A stretch of 57,804 nucleotides of DNA, taken from Octopus sinensis. Its lineage: Eukaryota. The stretch spans positions 1 through 57,804 of the forward strand of contig NW_021835544.1 of NCBI RefSeq assembly GCF_006345805.1. Reading direction: 5' to 3'. Positions 38,806 to 51,989 of the stretch are shown here, one piece after another (the first letter of the stretch is position 1; every line of letters starts with the position of its first letter). The notes below the pieces were generated by a model that saw only the letters and a program-made list of their open reading frames with translations, was not told where the DNA came from and searched no databases. The position numbers and the translations under genes are program-made.

Positions 38806-39052
38806 ATTATATATACTATTATATGTATACACACACGCACATACACTTACGCACACAGACACTCACACAAACACACACATACATCTCTATTTATAACACT
38901 GAAATGCGAAAAGTTTGTTTGTTTGTTTGTCTGGAACGGTTTAAAGGCCACTAGTCTATATATATATGTATATTATAGTGTACTTTAAATATTTACCTTT
39001 CACTGGATAGAGTACATTTTATTGATCCTACCATAACGGAACAATATGTGCA

Positions 39053-39084
<32 letters not shown>

Positions 39085-39115
39085 TGTGTGTGCGTGTGTG
39101 TGTGCATGTATATGT

Positions 39116-39463
39116 AGGAGTGACTGTGTGGTAAGATGCTTCCTTCCCAACCACATGGTTCTGGGTTCAGTCCCACTGCGTAGCACCTTGAGCAAGTGTC
39201 TTCTGCTATAGCCACGGGCCGACCAAAACCTTGTGAGTAGATGTGCTAGACCGAAACAGAAAGAGGCTCGACGTATATATATTTATATGTTTGTCTGTGT
39301 GTCTGTGTTTGTCCTCCCTTCATCGTTTGACAACCCATGTAAATTAGCGGTTCGGCAGAACAGACCGACAGAGTATGTACTAAGCTTACAAAGAATTTGT
39401 TCGACTAAAGGTGGTGCCCCAGCATGGCCGCAGTCAAATAACTGAAACAAATAAAAGAAAGAA
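39116..39463 (+). mobile_element. tRNA-derived SINE, family A, full-length
   Basis: aggagtgactgtgtggtaag...gggttcagtcccactgcg...gcagtcaaataactgaaacaaataaaag. Confidence 0.85.
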
Positions 39464-39469
39464 TATATG

Positions 39470-39522
<53 letters not shown>

Positions 39523-39651
39523 ATATATATATATTTGTAATAAATGAAGTTCGAAAATGCTGCTATATTATACAATTTTTAATTTTTATATATACATTAT
39601 AACATGTTTCAGTTCCTGAAATGAACCTTATCAAAAAAAGTTATATATATA

Positions 39652-39990
39652 ATGCTGAGACCCCCTTCGGTCATGACTGACCATGGGATTGCACTTAGAA
39701 AGTTACCTTCCCAGGCACAAGTCCGGGCAAGATTGTTTTTATAGAAGACCAGCAGTCGCCCATGCATATCGGCCTCCCCTCTCCACGCCACCAGTGTTAT
39801 CCAAGGGAAAGGCAAAGTGGCCGATACAGCTTGGCACCTGTGACGTCGCAACTCAATTCTACAGCTGAGTGAACTGGGGCAACGTGAAACAAAGTGTCTT
39901 GCTGAAAAACACAACACGCAGCCCGGTCCAGGATTCGAACTCACAACCTCACGATCGTAAACTCGATGCTCTAACCACTGAGCCATGCGA
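39652..39990 (-). mobile_element. tRNA-derived SINE, family D
   Basis: Minus-strand head gcatggctcagtggttagagcatcgagtttacgatcgtgaggttgtgagttcgaatcc (A and B boxes). The central gcaagacactttgtttcacgttgc domain is shared with family E. Confidence 0.8.
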
Positions 39991-40466
39991 TGTATAATAT
40001 CAATAATAATAAAGGGTAAAATTAATTAATCAATTAATAATTAATAATTTTACCAAACAGTTCGGTATGTTAAAAGGCCCATTTTCGGTAACCTTATACA
40101 AAAATTCTATAATTATAATCATAATTATAATTAGGGTTCAGCAATACTGCTTCACCGCATACCTAAATGTAGAAATAGGAGTTAAATACTATTCTCAAAT
40201 TTATGATTGAAATACTATACTGAAGACGGAAATAAGTGAGTAAAAATAAAATTTTGCATCTCTTTAATCCAGAAACGCGTATATAGTTGATGAAATCCAG
40301 GTGGATTCGGTATTTTTTCTCTTTACTTGAGTGAGTTGGAGTATTGCTGTCTGGGAGATATCTTATGGTAGTGGAATAGTGTATAACTGCTATTTCTAAA
40401 TTTCGGTATGTGGTGAAGCAACTTTGCTGAACCCTAATTATAATTATGCTTATAATTATAGATATA

Positions 40467-40560
<94 letters not shown>

Positions 40561-40675
40561 GTTTGTGTGTGTGTGAGAGTATATAGACATAGACACACGC
40601 ACACACACGACGCACACACACACACACACACACACCCACATTTGGTAGGAGTAACATGTATTTTTTAAATAACAT

Positions 40676-40801
40676 TTTGACTCAGCTCCGCATGACTTAA
40701 AGTTTCGTAGGCAGGCAGGACGCGTCCATCTCATCAGATAATTGGAGATGACCGCGTTCTACGCGCCCACGAAACTTTAAGTCATGTGGACCTGAGTCAA
40801 A
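40676..40801. repeat. ~125 bp imperfect palindrome (MITE-like)
   Basis: tttgactcagctccgcatgacttaaagtttcgtaggc ... gcccacgaaactttaagtcatgtggacctgagtcaaa. Confidence 0.85.
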
Positions 40802-41110
40802 CTGTTATTATACACACTCAGCCCGCCCACACACACACACACACACGTACACATTCACACCTAATCACATATAAACTTATATATATACGCAGAATGACAG
40901 AGGGCGGAAGTGAGAAGGTAGTTCTATAGACGATAGTTTATATATATATATATACATCCATATACATATATATACACACACACATGGTGGGTTTTGACAA
41001 GCTACATGACTGCTGATATATATATATATACAAACAACACACACACCACACAAATATATATATATATATATACACACATATATATACAGTATATAATATA
41101 TATAATATAA

Positions 41111-41165
<55 letters not shown>

Positions 41166-41983
41166 TAATATATAATATATATATTATATATATATATTAT
41201 AAATAGATAGTATATATGTGTGTGTGCGTGTTTTACTTTTTTCTATTTTCCTTTCTCTCTCTCTCTCTTTCTCTCTCTCTCATTCATTCACCGTCCCCCC
41301 TCCCTCCACCGCTCTCTCTCTCTCTCTCTCTCTGAAGTCCTTCTTCCAAATTTAATTTTCTCCGTAAATGTCAACGACATTGCCAATAGAGTTACTCTCG
41401 TGCTCTGCTTCTTCTCTTTATGGAAAAAAAGGCCGTGTGTGGGTGGGGACAAGGAGAGAAGGGGAGAAGGGGGAGAAGTGTGTGGTTCTTCCACATCCGG
41501 ATCGTTGCTTATTTGTGATGTCTTTATTGTCATCGTCATCATCATCATCATCATCCTATTCGTCATAATTGTTCTTGTTTTCATTGAATTCTTCGTTGTC
41601 GTTGTTGTCGCTGTCATCATCATCATCATCATAATCATCATCATCATCGTTGTCATCGCCGTCCTTGTCATTCATTATCGTCAACATCGTCGTCTTCCTC
41701 GTCGTCATCGTCGTCGTTGTCGTCATCATGAAGTTGATGATGATGATGATGATAACAACGACGACGACGATGGCCATCATCATCGTCGTCGTCATTATGA
41801 TCATGATCATGATCGTCATCGTCTTCATCATCATCGTTATTATCGTTCTTATTTAGCCCCAGGTTAACATATGTCCGAGCAGATTTATTTATCGAAGGAA
41901 TTCGCATCGCGATTATTATTTTTTTTCCTCCCTTTTTTAAGGAGTTAGAACTTGTTGACAGAAATTTCGTTGCTGTCTGTGTG

Positions 41984-42030
<47 letters not shown>

Positions 42031-42346
42031 TATACTATATATTGTTATATTTCGGAATGGTCATTTTGCCAGTTTAGCCAATAAGACATCACAAATAAGC
42101 ACCTTCACAATAAAAAATCGTGCACACAACAAATATATAACGTACTATAATATATATATATATATAAATTAAAATGGAGGACAAGAGATGGAACGTCCGG
42201 TTGTGGTGTCCTGTACTCACGTATATTTATTTATATATGCATGTATATATAGATGTAGATGTAGGTACGTACATATATGTTGTATGTATGCATATATTTT
42301 AATATTACATATATATATGTATGTATATATATAATATATATATATC

Positions 42347-42379
<33 letters not shown>

Positions 42380-42404
42380 TATATATATTATATATATATG
42401 ATGG

Positions 42405-42650
42405 ACTCCCCTGCCGAAGACGACGTATTGAGCATTGAGTTTTGTCGAACGATCAAATGTTCATGCGGCACATTAGCTCAACCCTCTGCTAAATCGACCG
42501 CACGACGTATCACGTGTCAAGAGACGAAATGATCGTAGACCACCGTGAGTTGATGTTTTGCTCAAGACCACAACACTCACCGCCAGGTCTAGGAATCGAA
42601 ATCACGATCGCTAGATCGTGAGTGCAAAGCCCTTACCACTAAACCGTATA
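42405..42650 (-). mobile_element. Degenerate tRNA-derived SINE
   Basis: Minus-strand head cggtttagtggtaagggctttgcactcacgatctagcgatcgtgatttcgattcc, followed by the ttgagcaaaaca domain. Confidence 0.6.
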
Positions 42651-43125
42651 CAATAATCGAAAGTTCTACTGCGACGTTTTGAAGCGTTTGAGGGAGGACA
42701 GTCAGCGAAAGGAACCGGATCGGTGGAGAGCAAAGAATTGGTTTCTTCACGATGACAGTGCAACATGGCACCTAGCTCTCTTTACTCGTGAGTTTCTCGC
42801 CCAAAACAATATGGTTTCGTTTCGCACCCGTCCTATTCACCAAATTTAGCATCTGCGGACTTCCATCTTTTCTCCAAGATGAAAAAAAACAGCTCAAAGG
42901 TCACCGCTTTAATACTGTTGTAGAGATCCTGAGCAAATCGCAGAAGGGCCTCGAAAAACTTACAAAAGACAACTTCGAGACCGAGTTCCAAAAGTGGCAG
43001 GAAGGCTGGGACCGGTGTATTGGTGCGCAAGGTGACTATTTCAAAAGAGATTAGGTTACAACTTAGGTAAATAGTTTATTTTTTATTAAACATAACTAGT
43101 CCTGGAACTTTCTGATATCACCTAG
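42650..43125 (+). mobile_element. Mariner transposon 3' fragment with right TIR
   Basis: FYCDVLKRLRE..WFLHDD..HPSYSPNLASADFHLFSKMKKQLKGHRF..FQKWQEGWDRCIGAQGDYF* (stop 43054), ending in the TIR-like agtcctggaactttctgatatcacctag. Confidence 0.85.
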
Positions 43126-43271
43126 GATATATATATGAAATCAAGAATGGATTGTATATGATATAATCTATACTTGTTTTCATTCATTCCTGTGCAATAT
43201 GCGCTTGGAAACTGACATATTGCTTATATATACGTAAACTTACATACGTGTATATATAGATATATACATAC

Positions 43272-43430
43272 AGGAGTGGCTGTGTGGTAAGTAGCTTGCT
43301 AACCAACCACATGGTTCCGGTTTCATTCCCCCTGCGTGGCATCTTGGGCAAGTGGCTTCTACTATAGCCTCGGGCCGACCAATGCCTTGTGAGTAGATTT
43401 GGTAGACGGAAACTGAAAGAAGTCCGTCGT
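43272..43430 (+). mobile_element. Family A SINE head
   Basis: aggagtggctgtgtggtaagtagcttgctaaccaaccacatggttccgg...gaaagaagtccgtcgta. Confidence 0.85.
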
Positions 43431-43441
43431 ATATATGTATA

Positions 43442-43507
<66 letters not shown>

Positions 43508-43937
43508 TATATATACATATAATATATACAAATTGAGATAAATGCAACCTCCATGGGATAACATATATCCAATATACGCTAGTGAAGTACCCAACAAAGT
43601 TAATACATAATTGTTAAGGATTGCGATGCAATCAATTCATTTACTGTATTATATGGGCAAAGGTAAAATGATTTACCACAACTTACTAATACAAGATAAG
43701 AAAATGGAGAAATGCATCTAAATCAAATATCAATTACCAGATAATACTCAATCACATTCTTTATTAAACCACCACATAAGAGACTGTAGGGTTAAACATA
43801 AAAAAGCAGAACAAATCAGTGTACATAAAGGAATGTACATAAAAAAGTGTACATAAAAGAGTAATGTTGTATAATAAGTAGAATATATATATAAAAGAGA
43901 ATATAAATATAAGTAAATATAAATATAAGTATAGATT

Positions 43938-44068
43938 ACATCTTACAGCTGTTTCGGCCATGTAGATAAGTATGCCTCATTTTACCAATATTAGCCTTTT
44001 ATGGTAGGTCATATATAGATATAAATGAGACATTTACAAAAATATCATAAGGCCTCTTCAGAGGTTGT
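43938..44068 (-). ncRNA. Hammerhead-like motif with ~90 nt insertion in stem II
   Basis: Minus strand: acaacct-CTGAAGA-ggcc-[~91 nt]-ggcc-GAAA-CAGCTG-T-A-agatgt. The core is canonical and stem III is palindromic (ACAGCTGT). Confidence 0.6.
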
Positions 44069-44861
44069 GATATAAATCAGTCCACATATATACCCATACT
44101 GTTGTGGGTACATACCCATAATACAACATATACATATAAAAATATACATATACATAATGATGTAAATAAATAATATAAATTAGTAAACATATATATGTTC
44201 CACATTCAATGTTTCAGTTTTTCAACTTAATATTGTGATAATAAACGTACAACATATAGTACCTAGATGCAAATACATATGTCAATAGTACATTATTTAC
44301 TTCCTACTAATTTCTAAAGTGTCATTAAAGTTAGCATCATTATCGTTGTCAATACCATTAATGCTACCATTATAATCATTCATAATATTATTAATAACGC
44401 TTACATTAGGATCCAAAGTGGCACATATGTATGTCCGGGTTCAAGTTAGTAATTTTCCTTATGACATAAATACACTATTGGATTTGAAAAGCATACACAT
44501 CCACATCCAACCCTAAACCCACACATCCACACAGAAACTCACACACACATGAATACACCCGACACATCCCTACACATTCACTAAATTGCAGAGTGTATGT
44601 CTGTCATCGCATGGCTTATAGACAAATCAGTACGGGCAGCAGTGTCTAAACACTAACACACACACTCACACGCACATCCGCATATACCCATAAATATTAA
44701 TACACTCTCATATACTGTGTCAGGGAACATTCGCACACACATATATACATATTTAAATATATATCTGCAAACTCTTACGTACAGATAAAATCTATACTTA
44801 TATCCACCCATGAATAAAAATTTGCATATACATATATACATATCCAAATACACACACACAC

Positions 44862-44938
<77 letters not shown>

Positions 44939-45024
44939 ATATATAAACATATATAAATATATACATAAATATATTCTGTATATAAATACATATAAATATA
45001 TATATAAGATATATTACATATCAT

Positions 45025-45124
<100 letters not shown>

Positions 45125-46334
45125 ATATATTAACAAATACACCACAAAATCTCATACAACGTACAAACCAATTCGCGCATAATCACACTCAGAAATATAT
45201 ATATTGAAGATTATAACTGTATATGTATGCTTATATATATTATATATATATATATATACATACACACACTTACGCATAATTTAAGCCCTTCTCTCTTCTG
45301 CACACACACACCCACGCTCAACTCACCCAGCCCCCACTTCTCTCCTTCTCCCACTTTCTCTCTCTCTCCCTCTTGCTCAAATATGACACTTTCATAAGGT
45401 ACAGATTGCTAATTTGAGCTATTTCAACACCCCCTCCACACACTTACACACGCGCATTCGCGCTCACATACACACACCAGCATGTGCGCATAAACATACA
45501 TATAAGTATATGTATATTTATATATGCATATTTATATATAGAGAGAGAAACACACACAGTTGTACACATACGCACATGTACTCTCACACATACACATGTA
45601 TATATGTTACATGCATACTCACACACAGTATGACAAACCCAGGCATAAACATACGCTCACACGTACACACGTGTTGACATATATACACGCACATGTAAAT
45701 GTATACAAATACATATACGTGGAGACTCATACGCATACTTATATACTCGTGTGACAAATACATATGCAAGTAGACATATACATGTAGACACACACACATA
45801 AGCGTATACATACACACATGCACGCACGTACACACATATATTCTAAGTCACACGCACATACTGAAATACATATATAAACATATATACACATATTAACATC
45901 TGTACATAGATACAAACATACCATAATATACACACACACACACTAAATTATGTACATATGCAGAAATAAGTACATAAATACACATAGATGTGTACGCATA
46001 CATGCAAGCATATCGATGCATACACACGCATGCATACACACACACACACACACACCACATACATATTCGAAATGAAGCACATATACAGAAAGACACATAA
46101 ACACATATAGGCTTGTACACAAACGCGTACACATATAGACACACACACACACACGTTCACACACACAAACACACACACACAAATATGCAGAAATATACAT
46201 AAACACATATATGCACAAATAGACTGGTACAAAAACACGTACACATGTTCCCATATAGACACACACACACACACTCATGTATATAGAGAGACGTGTGCAC
46301 ACGCTCACACATACAGCCATATAAGCATATACAC

Positions 46335-46801
46335 GCTCACGTATAGCGACTTACATACACACAACACACACACAAACACATACACACATACACACACAAA
46401 CACACACAAACACACACAACACACACACACATATACACATACACACACAAACACACACACACATGCACACATTCACACACAAACGCACACATACACATAC
46501 ACACAACACACACACATATACACATACAAACACACACATACACACACAAACACACACATACACACACACAACACACACACACACACACACACATACACAT
46601 ACACACACAAACACACACACACATACACACACACACACACATACACACACACACACACACAAACACACATACACACAAACACACACACACACACACAAAC
46701 ACAACACACACATACACAATACACACACAAACACAAACACACACAACACACACACATATACACATACACACACAAACACACACACACATACACACACACA
46801 A

Positions 46802-46834
<33 letters not shown>

Positions 46835-46835
46835 T
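46335..46835. repeat. (CA)n-rich tract
   Basis: Read directly; source of the CV-repeat ORFs. Confidence 0.95.
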
Positions 46836-47814
46836 TTAGACGCGTTCCAGTGTTTAACTGAAGGTTTTATTGCCTAATTTTGTTGATGCTAAACAATGCT
46901 GTTGATGTGGTTGTTGTTGGTGTTGTAGTATTTATAGAAAATGGCAGGGGGGGAGCATGGTATGTGTGTGTGTGTATGTGCTGTGGTGGTGGTGGTGGTG
47001 GTGGTGAAGTGTTCAATCGAAACTCGTGACATGTTTTTATTTTTTGTTTTTGCTGGATTTTTTTTTAATGTTAGTTTTTTATATTTATTTGCTATTTGAA
47101 AATACATACATACATATATATATATTTTTTTAAAATATTTTTATATTTTTATTTACCCACTCACCGCCAACCCCAACCCACTCCCAACGCACCACCCTTC
47201 TCTCCACCCACTACCTTTCGCTCCGTCCACCCCGAAGGCATTAAACAGGGTAAGTGAAGCGGTTATAACGAGGACACGAAACCGGGTCACGGGACACTAA
47301 AAAAATTTCTTTTGTCAAGGCAAAAATCTAGTTCAATGATGTTTTTTTCACAGGGTCAAGTGCATATAAGTGTATGTAGGTGTACATGTGTACGATGTGA
47401 CGTACAGTATGTATGTGTGTGTATATGTATGTACATGCATGTATGTGTATGTATGTGTGTATATGTGCGGCATGACGTATTTGATACGAAGTTGATGGCA
47501 ATTACGATGATCTGTGTGTATATCTATGTCTGTGTGTGTAAAATTATGTTGTTTTGTCTGTGAATATTAGGGGCTGCTTTTTGCTAACCCTTTTTTAGGG
47601 ATTTTCATTTTTCAATTTGATGATTTGTTTTTCGGAGGCTATTTCTGGAATTTTCAACTGCTACCAATTTTTTTTTTTTTGCTTCGAATTCTTAGCAAGT
47701 CCAAAAATTCCGATGGCAACGGAAGACTCTGAAAGAGAACGTGTTGCGCATCGAGGATTCCCTTTCATCTTCTCATTGTTTTTATTCTTCTTTCATTCTT
47801 CTATACTTTTGTTC

Positions 47815-48050
47815 TCTTATTCTTGTACTTGTTTCAGTCTTCAGACTGCGGCCATGCTGGAGCAAACGCACTGAAGAAGTTTGGTCGAACGAATCGACCC
47901 CACCACCCGCCACCCAGTACTCATTTACAAAAAAAAAGAGAAATACTGGTAAATATTTGATCATACACCTATGACGAACCGCTACGTTACTGGGACGTAA
48001 ACACACCAACACACGTTATCAAGCGGTGATGAAGAACAAACACAAACAAA
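47815..48050 (-). mobile_element. Family A SINE, 3' half
   Basis: acttgtttcagtcttcagactgcggccatgctggagc homologous to 5616. Confidence 0.75.
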
Positions 48051-48274
48051 CACGCACACACACATGTAAAAGCGTATCTTTGATATATGTCAGAGGAAGT
48101 ACCATTCTAATGTCTAAAACCGCAAATGTTACGTAAATTTTCGCTTAGAATTTTTGCGCAAACTGGCGTTGAAAGCAAAGTTGGAACAGAAACAATTGTA
48201 GCTGATCGTTAAAGAGATGTTAAAGGATTTCCATGTCTTCTTATTCGAAACCTGTCGTACGTATGTATGTATGT

Positions 48275-48508
48275 ATATTTCTTTACTACCCACAAGGGGC
48301 TAAACATAGAGGGGACAAACAAGGACTGACAAAGGGATTAAGTCGATTACATCGACCCCAGTGCGAATCTGGTACTTTATTTATCGACCCCGAAAGGATG
48401 AAAGGCAAAGTCGACCTCGGCGGAATTTGAACTCAGAACACCTACCGGCAGACGAAATACGGCTACGCATTTCGCCCGGCGTGCTAACGTTTCTGCCAGC
48501 TCGCCGCC
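48275..48508 (-). mobile_element. Family B SINE, well preserved
   Basis: Minus strand ggcggcgagctggcagaaacgttagcacgccgggcgaaatgcgtagccgtatttcg...gttctgagttcaaattccgccgaggtcgac. Confidence 0.85.
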
Positions 48509-48554
48509 ATGTATGTATGTATGTATGTACGTATGTATGTATGTACGTATGTAC

Positions 48555-48585
<31 letters not shown>

Positions 48586-49316
48586 TGTATGTGTGTATGT
48601 ATGTGTGTATGTATGTGTGTATGTATGTATGTATGTATGTATGTATGTATGCATGCATGTACGGCTGGATTATGCATGTCATTATTCAGTTTTGGTCTCA
48701 AGATTTCTTGCCATAAGAGAAAGAGCCGGTTTCTAGCCTAGATCTAAGGTTCCTTCATTGGAATTTTAAAACCAGCAACAGGGAATTTTTGTATGTATGC
48801 ATACAGACACACACATACGCACATACACATATACATACACACACAAACATACATACATACATACATACATACATCATACATACATACATACATACATACA
48901 TACATGCAAGGGACGTGCCGCCTAGGTAGGCCAGGTAGGCAGTGCATACCTTGAATAAAATAGATTGATAGCAACATTTTCCTCTCATGGCAAAATATGC
49001 ACTTAATTCAATAAAATTATGAAGGTTAGTCTGATTACTATACATAAAATGCAAAATATTTTATTCTTCTGTAAATTAGGCAGGCATAATTCGCCCTCTG
49101 CCTTTCGCTCTCAGTATTTAAGCTACACACAGTATTGATGTAGTACACGTGCTGTGTGCACTCCTACAACACTGTTTTCTTTATGTGATATAAAGGCAGA
49201 AATAGTCTTGCGCTTGTGTTTCGCTTATTTTTTCTGTTTTGCTACATAAACGTCACCAATTACCTATCCTGAGTAATTACTTACGGCACATGTATGTATG
49301 TATGTATGTATGTATG

Positions 49317-49350
<34 letters not shown>

Positions 49351-49403
49351 TGTATGTATGTATGTATGTATGTATGTATGTATGTGTGTGTGTATGTATG
49401 TAT

Positions 49404-49872
49404 GTAACACACTACCTAAATACCAATCTTGAGAAATTAGGTTTCCCAAAATCAGAAAGGAGAAAGCTAATTCGAAGACTACAGATCCAATCCATCACTG
49501 GAACTGTAAAAATCTGTAAAACTTTCCAGAAGTTTATCATTTAAATATATATGGGCATGTCTAGATATGCGACTATATATGCATGAGAATACATACATAA
49601 ATACATACATACATACATACATACATACATACATACATACATACATAAAACATACATACATACATACATACATACATACATACATACATACATACATACA
49701 TACATAAAACATACATACATACAAACATACAAAAATACCCTGTTGTTGATGTTGACAATCCAATGAAGAAGGAACCTTGGATCTAGGTTAGAAACCGGTT
49801 CTTTCTCTATTGGCAAGAAATCTTGAAATAAACGGAATAATGTCATACATACATACATACATACATACATAC
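49404..49872 (+). mobile_element. 3' end of a probable RLE-type LINE with (ATAC)n tail; 3'-UTR-only inverted copy at ~48678-48810
   Basis: THYLNTNLEKLGFPKSERRKLIRRLQIQSITGTVKICKTFQKFII* resembles the C-terminus of RLE LINEs (compare GTAHILRKILSL at 7238). The 3' UTR ...ctaggttagaaaccgg...tcttga...gaataatg is repeated in reverse at 48678-48800. Confidence 0.55.
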
Positions 49873-50030
49873 GACGGGCTTCCTTCAGTTTCTGCGTATG
49901 ATATCCACTCACAAAATTTTGGTTGGTCTGAGGCTATATAGCAGAAGATACTCAACCAAGGTACCATGCCGTAGGACTGAACCTGGAACCATGTGGCTGA
50001 GAAGCAAACTTCTTACCACACGGCCATACT
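49870..50030 (-). mobile_element. Family A SINE head
   Basis: acgacgggcttccttcagtttc...ttcttaccacacggcca. Confidence 0.7.
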
Positions 50031-50589
50031 TGCACCTATTTTGCTCATAATACTTTCTATACAATATTTGCCCCAAACAAGGCTCGAGGCTTCTGTAGTA
50101 AAAGGGACTACAAAGAAAGAAAATAAGGAACGTACAAATCCAAAAGATGTCGGCTGACAGAAATCTCTGCTCTTTGCCTGTTCTGTGTATTATGTAATAC
50201 ATAGAACATATTCCCTTGGTGTCTATGCTTTTTGTATGATACACATTCGTTGTATTTTTGAACCACCGGAGTAACTTGGGGCTTGTGAAAGGAAAGCTTT
50301 ATCTTACTCAGAACGTATGAAGAAAGGGATAATTAAAAATCTGAAACCAATCATGGACGTTAAGGACAAATTTATGAAAACACTTTTGGAGTGGGAAAGA
50401 GTTAAAGGCTTGAATATCATAGAACAGGGGAAAATAAGACAAAGGTAGCAAGTTCCTTTCTTAGGATAAAAGGATTTATGACTAACTGGAAGCTCAATAG
50501 AGAAACGATCTGCCGGGAAAGAAAGCGAGTGACAAGTTGAAAGGTCTTGACAGAAGGTACTTGGTTAGAAAGTTCATCAGAGCAATATT

Positions 50590-50893
50590 TTTATTTATGC
50601 GCCCTTTCCAAGCCTAGCCAGGCTCATGGGCCCGATTTCCCGGTTTCTATGGCGTATGTGTTCCCCCCAGCTGGACGGGACGCCAGTCCATCGCAGCGTT
50701 ACTCAAGAAACAGGAAGAGAGAGTGAGAGAAAGTTGGGGCGAAAGAGTACAACAGGAGTCGCCACCACCCCGCGCCGGAGCCTCGTGGAGCTTTTAGGTG
50801 TTTTCGCTCAATAAACACACAACGCACGGTCTGGGAATCGAAACCTCGATCCTCCGACCGCGTGTCCGCTGCTCTAACCACTGGGCCATTGCA
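50590..50893 (-). mobile_element. tRNA-derived SINE, family C, full-length
   Basis: Minus-strand head gcaatggcccagtggttagagcagcggacacgcggtcggaggatcgaggtttcgattccc; homologous to 51620-51989 and 57100-57395. Confidence 0.85.
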
Positions 50894-51619
50894 CAAAATG
50901 CTAATGCATACATATAAAGTTCATCAGTGCAATAACCATGGGAAAATTGATTGTAAAAACATAACAAAGATATATTGTGACGATGGGGGCGCCACTCCTT
51001 CAGTCTCTTTCTTCCTTTAAAGCAGACATATCACTCTCTGACGTCCATAAGCTAAATCTGCAAGTCAGCAGTTTCTTTGCAATTGAGGTGTTGACCAATG
51101 GCACTCCGTCGGTTACGACGACGACTGTTCCAGTTGATCCGATTAACTGAAAGCCACCTGGTAAAATTAACGTGCATGTGGCTGAGTACCCCACAGAATC
51201 GCGTAGCTCTAATGCTGTTTTCATGGAGATTCAGTATGACACACAATGCAACAAGGCTGACCCATTGAAGTACAGGTACAACTCACTTACGTAAGGTGAG
51301 TGGACTGGAGCAACGTGAAATAAAGTGTCTTGCTCAAGAACACCAAAAATTGAATACAGGACCTTACGATCGGGAGCCGGATACCCTAACCACTAAACCA
51401 CGATCCTCAATTATTGGATTTCCAAATATTGTCCAAGAAGGGGTCACTGTATGACCACAGTTGATTGCTGCTTGCAGCTAAATCCAGGGCCCTCCGTCGT
51501 GATCCAAGCTGATTCAATTATGCTCTGGAGCCCTTGTACGTGCAGAAAACTTGGTGTCGTGTGAGTTAAGAGGTAACCCTTGCAACTGCTGCTGCTGCTG
51601 TTGCTGTTGCTGTTGCTGT

Positions 51620-51989
51620 TGAGCGAAGCGGTCTTCGTCCCAGAGCTCGCAAGATGGGAGAAGTCCGAAACGTGGTCCTTTACTATTCGTAAGACCCGCA
51701 GAAGAGAAAGCAGGTCAACCCCCGACACCGAGAGCATCGACGGATGGATGAATGCGCATCCAGGCTCAGCGGTTGCGTAGGAAGTCGAGGACAAGAAACA
51801 GGAAGAAAGAGTGAGTGGAAGTTGGGGCGAAAGAGTGCAACAGGTGTCGCCACCAACCCCTGCCGGAGCATCGTGGAGCTTTAGGTGTTTTCGCTCAACA
51901 GACACACACAACGCCCGGTCTGGGAATCGAAACCGCGATCCTCCGACCGCGAATCCGCTGCCCTAACCATTGGGCCATTGCGCCTCCAC
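51620..51989 (-). mobile_element. Family C SINE head with a different 3' tail
   Basis: The ~200 bp head matches the 50590-50893 copy. Sequence 51620-51790 is unrelated to that copy's tail. Confidence 0.75.

Noticed and set aside
49760-49810. GAAACCGGTT hammerhead-like end in the LINE 3' UTR
   Set aside because: No CUGANGA core, and an extra base lies between the stem and GAAA.
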